From contig NC_043020.1 in assembly GCF_006345805.1 (NCBI RefSeq), positions 12,152,001-12,216,000 of the forward strand: DNA of 64,000 bases, in the 5' to 3' direction. The notes below the pieces were generated by a model. That model saw only the letters and a list, made by a program, of their open reading frames with translations. It was not told the origin of the DNA and made no database searches. Shown here in pieces: positions 11,547 to 25,678 of the stretch. This DNA comes from Octopus sinensis (lineage: Eukaryota). Within the stretch, counting starts at the first letter, position 1; every line of letters begins with the position of its first letter. The translations under genes and the position numbers were made by a program.

Positions 11547-14500
11547 CACATATAAATTTGACATGGGCAATTCTTTCTTGTCTTGGGATTCATGGTCAAA
11601 TGGCTGGGTGGAATTGTGCAGAAAATTACATAGATGTGTAGAATGATCCGGTGGTGATGCTGGGCTTGGTATTTTGTTTCATAGCTACCTGGTTTCCGAG
11701 ATAATCTACTATAATACTCTTGTGTTTAGGAATGAGAAAAGAAGGGGTGACAGATGAATAAGGAAGGAAGAAAGGAGTGATGTCATACTTAGTAGTGGGA
11801 TGATGAAAATTGTACGCTTAAAAAAATAAACAGTGTTTCAACTCTGAATATATATGTGTGTGTATGTAAAAGGGATGTGTGTGTTTGTGTGTGTGTGTGA
11901 GAAAAAGATGGAGGGTGCAATATGAGGTGAATCATAAAGAAACAGAAAACGGGGAAGGAGGAAGAAGAAAGGCAAGAAAAGGCAATGGAAGTGGGATGGT
12001 TCATCTTTGTTCGCTTAGTATTTGAGTATTTGAGCGTCATTCTAAAATTGTAGTTTAACGTAAGCGTGCCCAAACAAGTTGAATGCTTACACAGAGCAGG
12101 TTTTACAGCCACATCATCCAAGCTGACCAGGTGAAACCGGGTCTAGCTTCTAGTATATGTATATATATATATATAATGATGATGATAAGATGGTTGCGAG
12201 GTTGTTGATGAGCTGCTTGTCAATTCTAAGTGAGTAGACTTATAACTAAAGATGTTCTGGTCTCAGGACTAAATAGTCCAATGATTGTTAGGTGTGGTTG
12301 TGATTTGAGGGAACTTGGCTGTTATTTCTAGTAGTTTGAACAAACACATTGAGGTTTTTTGTTGGCACAAGCTGACAATGATGGTGATGATAATGTTACT
12401 GTATAATATAACAAAGTAGAGATGGATGTGTGGTGTGTTCAGATTTACTGATGTAGTTTTGATAATTGCTGGTCAGGGGTGACGATGATGTCTTGTTTAT
12501 TTTCTTAGAAGACTGTCTTTTTTTGTTTTTGACTTCACCAGATATTGAAACTCTGAAAATTGAAGACATTGACACGGAAATGGAATTTGAACAGAAGGAA
12601 CTACCTGTAGAGACGCTTGTGAAGGACAAAGATGACAACAAAGAGCGTTTAAAAGACGATGACATCGAGGAAGAATTGGACATGATTCATCAGCCAGATA
12701 TAGGTTGGTATCTTGCCAAGAACTGAGCAATTTATATGTATTTATTTTTTTAATTTAAGAGGTTACTGGTGTTGTTTGGGGAAGCTCTGATGGAGCAGAA
12801 TTATGATCAGAGACATTCCAGGTTTGACTATCCCAACTTCTAGAAATATCTAGGTACATATCTAGATACGTAAAAAGCACCATCCGATCGTGGCCGTTGC
12901 CAGCCTCGTCTGGCCTCCGTGCCGGTGGCACGTAAAAAGCAACATCCGATCGTGGCCGTTTGCCAGCCTCATCTGGCACCTGTGCCGGTGACACGTAAAA
13001 AGCACCCACTACACTCACGGAGTGGTTGGCGTTAGGAAGGCATCCAGCTGTAGAAACACTGCCAGATCAGACTGGGCCTGGTGCAGCCTTCTGGCTTCCC
13101 AGACCCCAGTTGAACCGTTCAACCCATGCTAGCATGGAAAGCGGACGTTAAATGATGATGATTTTGTGTAATATGTCCTTCCATTTCCTTTTTAAATGAT
13201 GGATTTAGATTTGGCAGCTATTTCTAGCTGGTCATACAATCCTGTAGCAAGACTGGTTGTCTGTGAATTGAGTGATTGGGTAGTATAGGGTATTACAGGT
13301 GAGATAATTATGTTAATTTGTGTGTGGTGACAGGTGACTCTGTCAGCTGTGGTTGACCAGGTGGATTAAGGTTATTGCTGGTCATGAGTTGGTGTTGAAT
13401 GTTGACCATTCTAGAGGAAGCAGAAAGGAAAATTCCTGGAAGTACCTAAAACCATGGGGCATGGCGAGGTGATGCTGTTGGTCTGAGAGTGTTGAATATT
13501 TCTCTACAATCTGTACAAGTATGGAATAAAAAGCTAAAACCATAGTACCCTTATCAAAGACATTCCAGCCATAACCATCCCATCTTATTTTTCTCCATAT
13601 TCCAAGCACTACATTATCCAATGTGTCCTTCCTTTTTAACATGGTAACATGTGGTTTCAAAGAATTTGGCAACGCATGTTCTCTTGGTAGAAAGTGGATC
13701 CTTCTGAAAGAGAGAGATGGGTTGGGGTTAGGGTTTGGTTTGTCTTGTGATAGCAGAAATTTCAAGTGGCTCAGCTGGTAGAGTAACCTTATTAAGAAGA
13801 AAGTCACTGGTTCAAATCTTGTTGATTTCTTGTTAGCTGGCAGAATCGTTAGCACGCCGGGCGAAATGCGTAGCCGTTACGTTCTGAGTTCAAATTCCGC
13901 CGAGTTCGACTTTGCCTTTCATCCTTTCAGCGTCGATGAATTAAGTACCAGTTACGCACTGGGGTCGATGTAATCGACTTAATCCGTTTGTCTGTCCTTG
14001 TTTGTCCTCTCTGTGTTTAGCCCCTTGTGGGTAGTAAAGAAAAAATATCTTGTTACATATAGTAACATGATTGTTGTTGGCTCAGCTCATTTCTACTCAA
14101 CTGGGACACGTCAATATATATCTAAACACTATGTGTATTATAATTTTTTTTTTTGAAGCACTCCGTCGGTTACGACGACGAGGGTTCCGGTTGATCCGAT
14201 CAACGGAACAGCCTGCTAGTGAAATTAACGTGTAAGTGGCTGAGCACTCCACAGACACGTGTACCCTTAATGTAGTTCTTGGGGATATTCAGCGTGACAC
14301 AGAGAGTGACAAGGCCGGCCCTTTTGAAATACAGGTACAACAGAAACAGGAAGTAAGAGTGAGAGAAAGTTGTGGTGAAAGAGTACAGCAGGGATCACCA
14401 CCATCCCTGCCGGAGCCTTGTGGAGCTTTAGGCGTTTTCGCTCAATAAACACTCACAACGCCCGGTCTAGGAATCGAAACCGCGATCCTACGACCGCGAT

Positions 14501-15145
14501 TCCGCTGCCCTAACCACTGGGCCATTGCGCCTCCACTGTATTATAATTACTAATGTGTGAAACCTCAGACAAAACATTCTTTTATTACAGTAACATATCT
14601 GACACATGATGTCGGACAAAATGACATGGAACACTTCTTCCAGCATTTGACTGGGACTTTATTTTGTTGTTGTTGTTGTTTGTTCCTTCTCGAGCCCTGC
14701 CTGGCTCATAGGGCTGGTTTCCCCAGTTTCCTTGGCGTATAGGTTCCCCACCTGGATGGGATGCCAGTCCGTCGCAGGTGAGCTGCTAGATGCAGGAGGA
14801 AAGAGTGAGAGAAAGTTGTGGCAAAAGTGTCGGCAGAAGTTCGCCGGAGCCACGTGGAGCTTAGATGTTTCGCTCATAAACACACACATCGCCTGGTCTG
14901 AGATTCGAACCCGCGATCCCTCGATCGCAATTCCGCTGCTCTAACCACTAGGCCATGTGCCTCCGGGACTTTATTTTAGCAACTTCAAAAAGTGAAAGAA
15001 TCTGAAGTAGCTTGCTTACCAACCACACAGTTCTGGGTTCAGTCCCACTGCGTGGCACCTTGGCCAAATGTCTTCTACTATAGCCTCGGGCCGACCAAAG
15101 CCTTGTGAGTGGATTTGGTAGACGGAAACTGAAAGAAACCCGTCG

Positions 15146-15203
<58 letters not shown>

Positions 15204-18200
15204 TTGTGTGTCTGTGTTTGTCTCCCCAACATCGCTTGACAACCGATGCTGGTGTGTTTATGTCCCCGTTAGTGGCTCGGCAAAGGAGACCGATAGGATA
15301 AGTACTTGGCTTACAAAGAATAAGTCTTGGGGTCGATTTGCTCGACTAAAAGGCGGTGCTCCAGCATGGCCACAGTCAAATGACTGAAACAGGTAAAAGA
15401 GAAAAGAGAAAGAGAAAAAGAGTGACTGTCAGGTGCTGAAGTTGATGTCATCAACTATATACCCCGCCTCTTAAAATTGCTGGCCCTGTGCCAAAATCAG
15501 AAAGAATTGTTGTTGTTGTGAACACTTAAATTACCTTTCTTGTACTATTTGTCCGTTGTTGTTAATAAATGAATGCTGTTTTAATTGCAGAAGAAGAAGG
15601 CGACACAGGTCATCTGATGAAAGCTCAGTTTGATACGTTCCTTCAGTCTTTACCGAATTGTGTTAACAGAGAACTGATCGACAAGGTACCACTTGAGTTT
15701 TGTCATTATTGCTGGTGGCTTTGGCTGTGGAATTGGTGCTGGTGTTAGTAATAACTGTGATTTTGATGTTGGTGTTGTCTGCTGTGAAGGTCGTGGTGGG
15801 GTTGGTGTTTTAAAAATTATTTTTATAATCATGGAAAAAAAAACCCCATTTTTTTTCTGGTTTTTAATTCCCATCTTTCACAAAGTAAACATTTTCACCT
15901 ATGTTTATAAAACATAACGATTCAAATAGTTAAATACTGGTTCATCATCAGGTGCTACGTATGGTTACAGTGGCTTAAACTTTTATCTGTACTCTATAAT
16001 ATTAATGCATTTCGATATATTAATATTAAAGTGTGCTAACGACTCTACCAGCTCGCCACCTTGAATGTACTTTAATATTAATACATCGAAGTACATTAAA
16101 GGTGGCGAGCTGCTGGTAGAATCATTAGCACCCACTACACTCTCAGAGTGGTTGGCGTTAGGAAGGACATCCAGCTGTAGAAACTCTCCCAGATCGGATT
16201 GGAGGCTGGTGCAGCCATCTGGTTCGCCAGTCCTCAGTCAAGTCGTCCAACCCATGCTAGCATGGAAAGCAGACGTTAAATAATGATGATGATGATTCCA
16301 TGCTGAAATGGGTTTCACAAGATCTGATGGATCCTAGGACTACATTGTGCTCTTGTGTCCACTCTAGCATAGATATCCTTCCTAATGCCAACCACTTTAG
16401 TGTGTATTGGGTGATTCTTTTCATGCAGTTGATGATGTAATTTAAATATAAATATTTAAAGCTCTGTTGTGTCTGGGGAGAGTCATTTTCTTTTTGTGCC
16501 TTATAATTTTATACACTAACCGGTAAAATTTCCACTTATTTCTTATTTTTATTTTCCTAAAATTTTCGTTGCGTCTTGCAACCTTTTCAATAGTCTTGAC
16601 TCTCAATATAAAGAATCTTGCAAACCAAATCCATAAACCAAATATATAAAGTGTTTTTTTTGTCTAAGTCTGAACAACTTGACAGAGCAGTTTTATGATG
16701 CAAGCTGTGTTCATTTTCTTTCAGAATGCAGTTGATTTTTGTATGAGCTTCAATACCAAGACAAACAGAAAGAAGTTGGTCAGGGCTCTTTTCACAGTTC
16801 ACAGAACCAGGTTAGTAAATCTATCAGATTGTGTGACATAGATTTTGTCCTTGGGTAGTAACTGTTATTTCCTATTTGTTTACCCCTAGAAAGTATGAAA
16901 AATGACTAATACGTCCTTTGAACTTTTCTTACATTTCGGAGACCCCCTTCGGTCACGACACAGACCATGGGATTGCACCTAGAAAGTTACCCTCCTAGAC
17001 ACAAGTCCGGGCGAGGTTGTTTATGGAAGACCAGCAGTCGCCCATGCATACCAGCCTACCCTCTCCACGCCACCAGTGTTATCCAAGGGAAAGACAAAGG
17101 TCGATACAGCTTGGCACCAGTGACGTCGCAACTCATTTCTACAGCTGAGTGAACTGGAGCAACGTGAAATAAAGTGCCTTGCTCAAGAACACAACACGCA
17201 GCCCGGTCCGGGATTCGAGCTCACAACCTCACGATCGTAAGCTCGACGCTCTAACCACTGAGCCATGCGCCTTCACTTACATTTATAATAATAATAATAA
17301 TAATGATGATAATAATAATAATGAAATTATTGTATACAGTACTCAGGTGCAACACAACTTGTCAAAAGTGCGTATAAAGTAGATGCAGTAATGTACAAAT
17401 GTCTGGAAAGCGAACAATGTATGAGTCAGATACATGCTTGCGTGTGTATGGAGGGGAGAAAATCAGGTGTAGTGTTGGCGAATCTCAGGAAGCATGGAAG
17501 TTTTGAAGGATGCAGTGCTCTGACAACTAACAACTGATGCCAGCAGTTTGTTCCATGCTTCAGCAACTCTCAGAATGAAAAAATGTTTCCTAAAGTCATG
17601 CGTATAAAGCATATGCAGTAATGTACAAATGTCTGGAAAGCGAACAATGTTTCCGAAAGTCATAGGAGCTGTGCTGTTTTCTGACTTTGTAAATATGCCT
17701 ACGGGTGTTAGATGGGTGGAGTTTGAAAAGGTGCTCAGAGTTATTGTTTGTAAGATGGTTAATAATTTTATGGGTGTCTGCCAAGTCAATTTTATGGGTG
17801 TCTGCCAGTTTATTCAAACTCTAAAGAATCCCTCTCAACATTATATAGCTATGATGCTTCCTCTGATGCTGTCCATGATTGGAGATGCATATATTGTCAA
17901 CCGCTATGGGACATGCTCAAGTGGTTATGGTCAAGTATCTAACGAGCAAATCTGTGATATTGAGAATAATATATTTGCTATAAGGATATTTCTGCTTCAG
18001 CAATTTGGTGGGATCTTTTCGGTTTGAACGGTAGATTTTTTTCTAGCGATGTCATATGAAATTGTCACCCATAATTATGACCCTAGTATCGATCTATTGC
18101 ATTTCAATCTGGGTTAGGGTTAGGGGTGGGGGGAAGTGTACCTTTTATTCATCACAATTGTAAATAAACCCAACAAGCTGTTTCTTAAACGAGGGACATA

Positions 18201-21200
18201 TTCATACGGCACAGAATGTTTTTTTTTTACCTCAATGGATGTCATTGATTGGTTGAAATTGCAGAAATTGAAGGAAAAAAAAACAACAAATATCTTACAA
18301 CCCATAGAATTTTCTCAATAAAGCCAAGAGAAAAAGATGTTTTATAAACACATTCTACCAGTATACGAAGTTTAAAAGTGTTTAGTTACCTAGAAATTAT
18401 GTTAAAAACTGCCGTTCAAACCGAAAAGATCCATTTGATGCTGAATCTGTCTGAAATGTAATGGAAAATAGGTCAGTTTCAAAACATTAATGCCCAGGTG
18501 ACAATGGCAAAGTTTGAAGGGAAGGGAATAGTAATTTCCTTTGATTTGGCTGAATGGCTAAGATGTGAACTTAAAATTCACTTGGCAATCATAAGGTTTC
18601 AGTTTCAATCTCATCGTGTGCTATCTTGGGTTTCTGTCTTGTACCATTGCCTGGGGGTCAACTCAAACCCTGAGAATGAAGTTGGAGAAATGGAAATTGC
18701 GCTGAAGCCTGTCAACTGGATTGTACCAGTAATGTAATGGTACAACTTTGTCATACACTGTCACACTGATTCTACCTGAGAATTATGTTAAAGGTCCATA
18801 TCTCTGTGGAATACTCAACCACTTACAGAGTAATTCAGCTGATTGAACATTATTGATGAAACTAACAAACATTTTGTAGAAATGTAGACCTTGATAATAG
18901 AAAAAGCAGAAGTGGTTTTGATCATGGCGTTGACCCGGGGTTAAATAACACTACCAAAAACTGATGTTTATTATTCCTCTCTCTTTTCCATTGTTTGTTT
19001 TCAGATACGATTTGTTACCCTTTTACTCCCGACTTGTGGCTACTTTGTATCCTTGTATGCCAGATGTTGCCAACGATCTTGTACATTTGCTGAAAGGAGA
19101 CTTTCGCTGGCATGTAAGTGCTTTGTTATTTCTTGTATCCTTTTACTGGTCTGTCATTCTAGAAATACACAATCACATCATTGAAATCTTGAAGCTACGA
19201 GACCATGCATGATTCATTCAAAGCAATGTGTATAAATAAGCATTACATTTGACTGAATAATCTGAATGCTAAAGGGTTAAGGATATCCAATCTGGGCCTT
19301 CAAGCGTTTCTATAAAGTTGATGATCTTCACATTTAAAAAAAGCATTTTTTAACTGAACTTGTTATTTAAATGCTGTAAGAGGTAAACAATCTCTTTCTT
19401 TAACTGATGATTTCATTTTTCTTCTTTTCTCCAGATACGCAAGAAAGACCAAATTAACATTGAATCCAAGTTGAAAACTGTACGTTTTATTGGTTAGTAA
19501 ACTTTTTGTTTCTCTAGTGACTTTTGAGCGACAGAATTGGTAGAGCATCTGGCAGAAATTCCTTGTGGTATTTCACTGTATTTCTTTAAGGTTGATTTTG
19601 CCTTTTATCTGTTCTGCAGAGATAAAACCATCAGTTGTGAACTGGGATCAGTGTGATCAACCGTGGCCTCCACCACCTACAATTTGTTGACCTTGTGTTT
19701 GTCAGAAAATGTTTTCATTCCTTTAACCCTTTAGTGTTTAAACCGGCCAAATCTGGCCCAATATATTTTACGTTTTATATTCAAACTGGCGATATCTAGC
19801 CTCTCACTCCTAACCTACAATGCCATTCTGAAAATAAACAATCACATCATTGAAACCTCAAAGCTATAAGATAATGCATGATTAATTCAAAACAATTTGA
19901 GTGTAAAAGTATTACATTTAACAGAGTATTCTGAACACTAAAGGGTTAAACTGGCCATATCCGACCAAAATAGTTAATCTGTTTTATGTTCAAACTGACC
20001 AGATCCAGGCTCTCACACCTACCCTACAATGTTATTCTATATTAAGTAATTACACCATCAAGATCTTGAAGATATGAGATAATGCATGATTAATTAAAAT
20101 CAATGTGAATCAATAAGCATTATGTTTGATTGAATAATCAGAACACTAAAGGGTTAAACGTATGAAATATTTTTATATTTTCAAACGAGCACATTATAAC
20201 GCATGTTGTAGGTAGGGTTACAGTCAATCACATCAACCCCAGTTAACTGTTTGCAATGTATATTATCCCACCCTTCTTGCCCCACTTTTCTGAATGATTA
20301 AAGACAAAGGTAAATACAACATGGCATTTGCATAATGATGCTCTACTGATTCCACCATAAATAAGACATAAATAATTTAAATCATCCAAACGTGGCCGAA
20401 GCCAGTGCCGCCTTGACTGGCTTCTGTGCTGGTGGCACGTAAATTGCAGCAATCCGATCTTGGCCATTGCCAGCCTCGCCTGGCACCTGTGCTGGTGGCA
20501 CGTAAAAAGCACCCACTACACTCACGGAGTGGTTGGCGTTAGGAAGGGCATCCAGCTGTAGAAACACTGCCAGATCAGACTGGAGCCTGGCGCAGCCTAC
20601 TGGCTTCCCAGATCCCCGGTCGAACCGTCCAACCCATGCTAGCATGGAGAACGGACGTTAAACGATGATGATGATGATGATGATGCTCTGCTGATTCCAC
20701 CATAAATAAGACATAAATAATTTAAATACAGATGAAATTTGAATTGTAATGTCATTATTTTTCTAATATTACTGTAGCATTGCACATATTTTATATGCTT
20801 ACCTGCAATCAAAACTTACCTGACTCCCAGTTTAATGTCAAAGCTTGATCATTCCATTGAAAAAAGTTTCTGAGCATGAAGAATTATGTAATGTTACTGT
20901 GTTGCTTTACTTGGATAAAATTCTTATGACAAAAAGACGGGGCTTACTCTCAACGAGTCAGGTATAACAAGGGCTTGGTTGTGATCCTTTACTTGGATAA
21001 AGTTAGTATGACCTGACAATAACAACAAAAAACTTCCACTCAATGACTTGTGTATGACAGATTTGGTTGCAATACTTAACTGTTATGGTAAGAAAAATCT
21101 CTCTTCAGGACACTATTGACAGAAAAATAAATAATGGATTTGTTTTTATCAAAAGCTGATTATGATGGCCTCATAAAAAGTGGATCTTTTCGGTTTGAAT

Positions 21201-22914
21201 GGCAGTTTTTAACATAATTTCTAGGTAACTAAAAAATTTTAAACTTCGTATACTGATAGAATGTTTTTATAAAACATCTTTTTCTCTTGGCTTTATTGAG
21301 AAAATTCTATAGTTTGTAAGATATTTGTTGTTTTTTTTTTCTTCAATTTCTGTAATTTCAACCAATCACTGACATCCATTGAGGTAAAAAGCATTCTGTG
21401 CCGTATGAATATGTCCCTCGTTTAAGAAACAGATTGGGTTTATTTACATTTCTGAAGAAAAAAAAGATACCCTTCCCCCCACCCTAACCCTAACCGAGAT
21501 TGAAATGCAATAGATTGATACTAGGGTCATAATTATGGGTGACAATTTCATATGACACCGCTAGAAAAAACTGCTGTTCAAACCGAAAAGATCCTAAAAA
21601 GTTTCTGTAATGGTAAAACTCTTGGAAATTAAAGAAATGAATTTTAGCAATGTATGATCTCTGATAATGTCATGAATTTGTTCTCAAATGAAATTAATAA
21701 TGATGATGATGACATTTTCTACTATATGCACAAGGCATGAAATTTTGAGGGAGGTCACAAGTCAATTACATTGACCCTAATGCTTGACTGGTACATATCT
21801 ATTGACTGCAAAAAAGGTAAAGCTGAACTCAGCTTAATTTGAACTTACAATGTAAAGTCAGATGAAATGCTTCTAAGCATTTTGTCCAGTGTACTACTGC
21901 TTCTGCCAGCTTGCCACCATTAATATTAATAATAGTAATATTAATAATATTAATATTAATAATAATAACCAGGCAGGTCAAGTGAGCCCAGCCCACTTAT
22001 GCATGCCTTTCCTCCCTTGGACACAAAGACCTGTTGAGGCAAGCGAAGTCGATATAGAACCTCATCCAACGACAGGCACCCATGCCAACCCCCTTTGCTT
22101 GCGAAGACATGTTGGGGCAAGCGAAATCGAAATCGAATTGAACCAGCCAGGATCCCTGGTCTGGTGGTACGTAAAAAGCACTATCCAACTCGTGGCCGAT
22201 GCCAGCGCCGCCTCGACTGGCCTCCGTGCCGGTGGCACGTAAAATACACCAATCCGACCGTGGCCGTTGCCAGCCTCGCCTGGCATCTGTGCAGGTGGCA
22301 CGTAAAAAGCACCCATTACACTCATGGAGTGGTTGGCGTTAGGAAGGGCATCCAGCTGTAGAAACATTGCCAGATAAGACTGGAGCCTGGTGCAGCCTTC
22401 TGGCTTCCCAGATCCCCGGTCGAACCGTCCAACCCATGCTAGCATGGAGAACGGACGTTAAACGATGATGATGATGATCATCATCATCATTATAATTACT
22501 GAAAGGGTCAGATTCTTATCACAACATAAAATCTCAGTGAATTGAATCAAAGTTATTGTTGGACAGTATGGGGAATCAGAATGATTTTGGTGAATTTGAC
22601 CAAAAATTGAAACTCAAGGATAAAATACAGAGATGTAACTCATGTATGACCAGTAATTACCTCAGGTGTTATAGAACTGCTTTAGAATACCTTCAGTAAG
22701 ATAATCTGGAACTTAATAACTAGAAATAGCTTCCAAACTTCAGGTAACTGAAGGTGCAGGAGTGGCTGTGTGGTAAGTAGCTTGCTTACCAACCACATGG
22801 TTCCGGGTTCAGTCCCACTGCGTGGTACCTTAGGCAAGTGTCTTCTACTATAGCCTCGGGCCGACCAAAGCCTTGTGAGTGGATTTGGTAGACGGAAACT
22901 GAAAGAAGCCTGTC

Positions 22915-22949
<35 letters not shown>

Positions 22950-25646
22950 TTTGTGTGTCTGTGTTTGTCCTCCTAGCATTGTTTGACAACCGATGCTGGT
23001 GTGTTTATGTCCCCGTTACTTAACGGTTCGGCAAAAGAGACCGATAGAATAAGTACTGGGCTTACAAAAGAATAAGTCCCGGGGTCGAGTTACTCGATTA
23101 AAGGCGGTGCTCCAGCATGGCCGCAGTCAAATGACTGAAACATGTAAAAGAGTAAAGAGTAACTAATACAGGTCGTTGTCGACTTACGACCACAGTTGGT
23201 TCCGACTGATTGGTTATAGGCCTACATAGCTTTGGTTTATCATCATCATCATCATCGTTTAATGTCCGCTTTCCATGCTAGCATGGGTTGGACGATTTTG
23301 ACTGAGGGCTGGCGAACCAGATGGCTGCACCAGGCTCCAATCTTGATCTGGCAGAGCTTCTACAGCTGGATGCCCTTCCTAACGCCAACCACTCCGAGAG
23401 TGTAGTGGGTGCTTTTTACGTGCCACCGGCATGGGGGCCAGTCAGGCGGTACTGGCAATGACCTCGCTCAAATCTTTTTACACGTGCCACCGGCACAGGT
23501 GCCAGTGAAGCAACGTTGGTAACGATCATGCTCGTTTATATTTTCACATTCTTAATGTACATTCTCAGGTAAAAGTCACAGCATTCTGTATTATACTATT
23601 ATACTGGCGTTAGTCAAAAATTTCGGAGTCTCAAGCAGTGATGTTATAAACAAATACAAGGTTGCCTTGATGTCTCCGCGACAGGGTAGTCATCCAACAC
23701 AGTGACGATTGATAACCAAACCTAGGGGAAGCACTTGTTAGCTGATATCATCCATAGATGGGGTAATTTCTAAGAAATTAAACCCATTAGATTTCAACTA
23801 GATTATTATTGCTGCCGGGAGCTGGTGCACTAATCATTGTAAAGTCAAGTGGTTGTAAGTCCGATAGGTCATAAGTTGATGAAGACCTGTATAAGCTGTG
23901 TAAATGGATGTGAAATGTAAATAGTTTCCAAACTTCAGGTGACTAAATCAGGTCATCGTTGACTTACGACCACTGTTGGTTCCGACTGATTGGTCATAAG
24001 TCGACCTATAGGCCTACATAGCCTTGGTTTACAATGATGTAAAGGGATGTGAAATGAATAATGTGAATTGGTGTGACGTTATGTCTTTCCGTATGGAATA
24101 TATAAAAATCATAGAATACTTTGTAACATTGTAAATTTGATTGTTTATTTGGTTGGTTGTTTATTTTTATATATCTCACCTCACCTCTTTTTTTCACTAT
24201 CTCTTTGGTAGGTGAACTGGTGAAGTTTAAGATGTTCCCCAAGACAGAGACGCTATTTTGTCTTAAGGTAAAAGTTTGAATTTCCTTTTTGAAATTTTTT
24301 TTTATTTTATTTTCTTGCTGTTGTTGTTTCATGAATTGGGAGCATGACACAATCCTTCAGTGATTCATTAGATCTCGTCAAACTGTCCAATCCATATTAG
24401 CATGGAAGATGGACGTTAAATGATGATGACGATGGATTAGTCATGAAAAAGGGACACTGTCCATCTGGGACTGCTGAGATTTGTTTCAGTTGATGTCTTG
24501 TTTGAACATCTCTAAGACAGTACCTGCAGGAAGGAAATTCCAGAGTGGACGGGATTGTGCTCAGTGGCCAGTGTGGGTGTGGGGGTGAGTGATGGAGACA
24601 GGTGTATCAATTTGGTTTAGATGGATGGGGTATGCAATTAAGTTATTTCTGTGACTGTCTTCTAGAAGTAGTCGTCTAGGATGTTTGAATGTGTGTGGTT
24701 GTTACACAATCAAGGACATCTGTATTTTATATTTAGCAAGATTATTTTTATTGTTCCCTGCTATAATAATAATAATAATAATCCTTTCTGCTATAGGCAC
24801 AAAGCCTGAAATTTGTTGGGAGGAGTAAGTTGATCACATCAACCCCTGTACTTGTCTGGTAACTTAATTTATCAATCCTGAAAGGATCAGAGGCAAAGTC
24901 AACATCCACAGGATTTGAATAATAATGGTTTCAAATTTTAGCACAAGGCTAGGATTACAGACCTTGGCAGTATTTTAATAATAATAATAATAATCTTTAC
25001 TGCCATAGACGCAAATATAGGTAGTGGGTAAATTTGATGAAATAGATTAGTCTTTGACTGGTAATTTTTTTTATTGATTCTGGATGGATGAGAGAACCAC
25101 AGATTTGAATCTTTTATGACCATATTTCCAATGAAACACAAGGTCTCTGCATCCCTTTTTTTTTATTTGAAAATAATCAAGAATTTGAAGGGATTTAGTA
25201 AAGATTACTAAGGCTGCTATTTGGAAGGTAACTGAACCAAATGTTTTTACATAGTCATTGGGGAAGGATTTTTTAAATTTAAATATCCTTTATTTGTTTC
25301 AGTCATTAGACTGTGGCCATGCTAGGGATACCGTCTTGAAGAATTTTGAACTTATTGATCCAAGTACTTATATATATATAATACATATCTGTGTCTTGTG
25401 TATGTGTCTGTCTCCCACCACTGCTCAACAAACCAGTATTGGTGTGTTAACATTCCCATAACTTTGTGGGTCGGCAAAACAGGCTGATAGAATAAGTACC
25501 AGGTTATAATATAATATAAGTACTTGATCCAAGTATATATATTATAACTTGGTACTTATTCTATCAGCCTGTTTTGCCGACCCACTAAGTTATAGGGATG
25601 TTAACACACTAATACTAGTTGTCAAGACTTACTCAAGACACAGATT

Positions 25647-25678
<32 letters not shown>

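Noticed and set aside
15612-15640. CTGATGA inside exon 9
   Set aside because: It is coding sequence (HLMK), with no GAAA or stems in the right place
15905-15965. Minus-strand CTGATGA..GAAT hammerhead-like string
   Set aside because: GAAA is broken, stem II pairs poorly, and there is no convincing stem I or stem III
18110-18130. TTAGGG-like repeats (also about 21481-21495 and 13722-13740)
   Set aside because: Only 2-3 units, two of them internal to a MITE family; not telomeric arrays
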